Shown: positions 63,224 through 64,000 of the stretch, piece after piece | How positions within the stretch are numbered: position 1 is the first letter of the stretch | How the letters are laid out: every line of letters starts with the position of its first letter | NCBI RefSeq assembly: GCF_001194135.2 | Contig: NC_068981.1 | Coordinates: forward strand, 100,743,965-100,807,964 | Reading direction: 5' to 3' | Origin: Octopus bimaculoides | Taxonomy: Eukaryota | DNA: 64,000 bases | The notes under the pieces: generated by a model | The model's input: only the letters and a program-made list of their open reading frames with translations | What the model was told of the DNA's origin: nothing | Databases searched by the model: none | Program-made: the position numbers and the translations under genes

Positions 63224-63799
63224 TACGTGTGTACGTATGTATGTATGTATGTATGTTACAAATGGCAATAATAACGAAAGTTACATTTTCTTGAAGGAAT
63301 CCTTGAATCCCTTCAAGAAAGATGTAACCTTTGTTATTATTAAAACAAAAAACTCGAAGAGATTCTACCCCTTACAGCTTAAATTCTTAACATTGGATTT
63401 AACCAAAATGCTTTGAATTATGCATTACAAAGGGGCCAGAATTGAAACGTAGGTTTTTTGAGTCTTCTATTGTTTTATAAAAAAATTATTTGTATTTATA
63501 TCTTAACAACAAGCTATGATACAAATAAGTTAACTATACATCCTCAACTCACCATTTTCTTACATTAATAATTTTACCTATTATAATAATCCATAACACA
63601 TTGTGGTAATTTTCTTCTAATGTGATGGAGATTAAACCAGTGAAATTTTTGATTTATTAATCACTAATGAGGATAAGATATCTTTGAATTGACTATATAT
63701 ATATAATAATAATAATACAAATGATATATGAACATATGCATGTATACATATATATATATATATATCTGTAAAAATATGTGACACTTATTCGGTAGCCAT

Positions 63800-63860
63800 G
63801 ATAAAACTCCGAGTTTCGGATGCCCGGGTGGGAACCCACGCCAACAGCTCTTCAGTTATC
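63800..63860 (-). ncRNA. Minimal type I hammerhead ribozyme motif
   Basis: Minus strand GATAA-CTGAAGA-G..[helix II]..C-GAAA-CTCGGAG-T-T-TTATC; 5-bp helix I, 3-bp helix III, GUU triplet. Confidence 0.75.
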
Positions 63861-64000
63861 CGGCCTTTGAAATTTCCTGTGAAAAATGACCGTTAAACAA
63901 AGGGAAATTACTGTGTGGTTGACCGTTATTAAGACAAAAGATCTATAGATCGCTAAGTAAAGGGAGAGGTTAAAGGTAAGGGAGTAGAAAAGTCTATATA

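Overview
Repeat-rich, AT-rich animal genomic DNA from a gapped draft assembly. The SINE/MITE families and dense (TA)n/(CA)n/(GA)n microsatellites resemble an Octopus (coleoid cephalopod) genome; this is inferred from repeat recognition, not from a search. One host gene is supported: a complete 7-coding-exon GMP reductase (GMPR, + strand, 3532-40904, 351 aa, all introns GT-AG, catalytic Cys186/Thr188/Glu289 at the expected positions). The rest is transposon-derived: a full-length but dead DD34D mariner in intron 5, other Tc1/mariner fragments, two Helitron relics, an R4/Dong-like LINE relic, RTE and CR1-like fragments, several tRNA-derived SINE families and hAT/piggyBac/mariner MITEs. The most interesting signals are several minimal type I hammerhead-ribozyme motifs with palindromic helix III (two essentially complete, at 61075-61136 + and 63800-63860 -, plus split or truncated relics; the architecture known from Penelope-like elements and retrozymes), a perfect 158-bp inverted repeat downstream of GMPR, other foldback structures, and nested insertions that give a relative TE chronology. 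I see no evidence for a new multi-gene protein system. All alignments and counts were done by eye, and TE boundaries are approximate unless a TIR or TSD is quoted.
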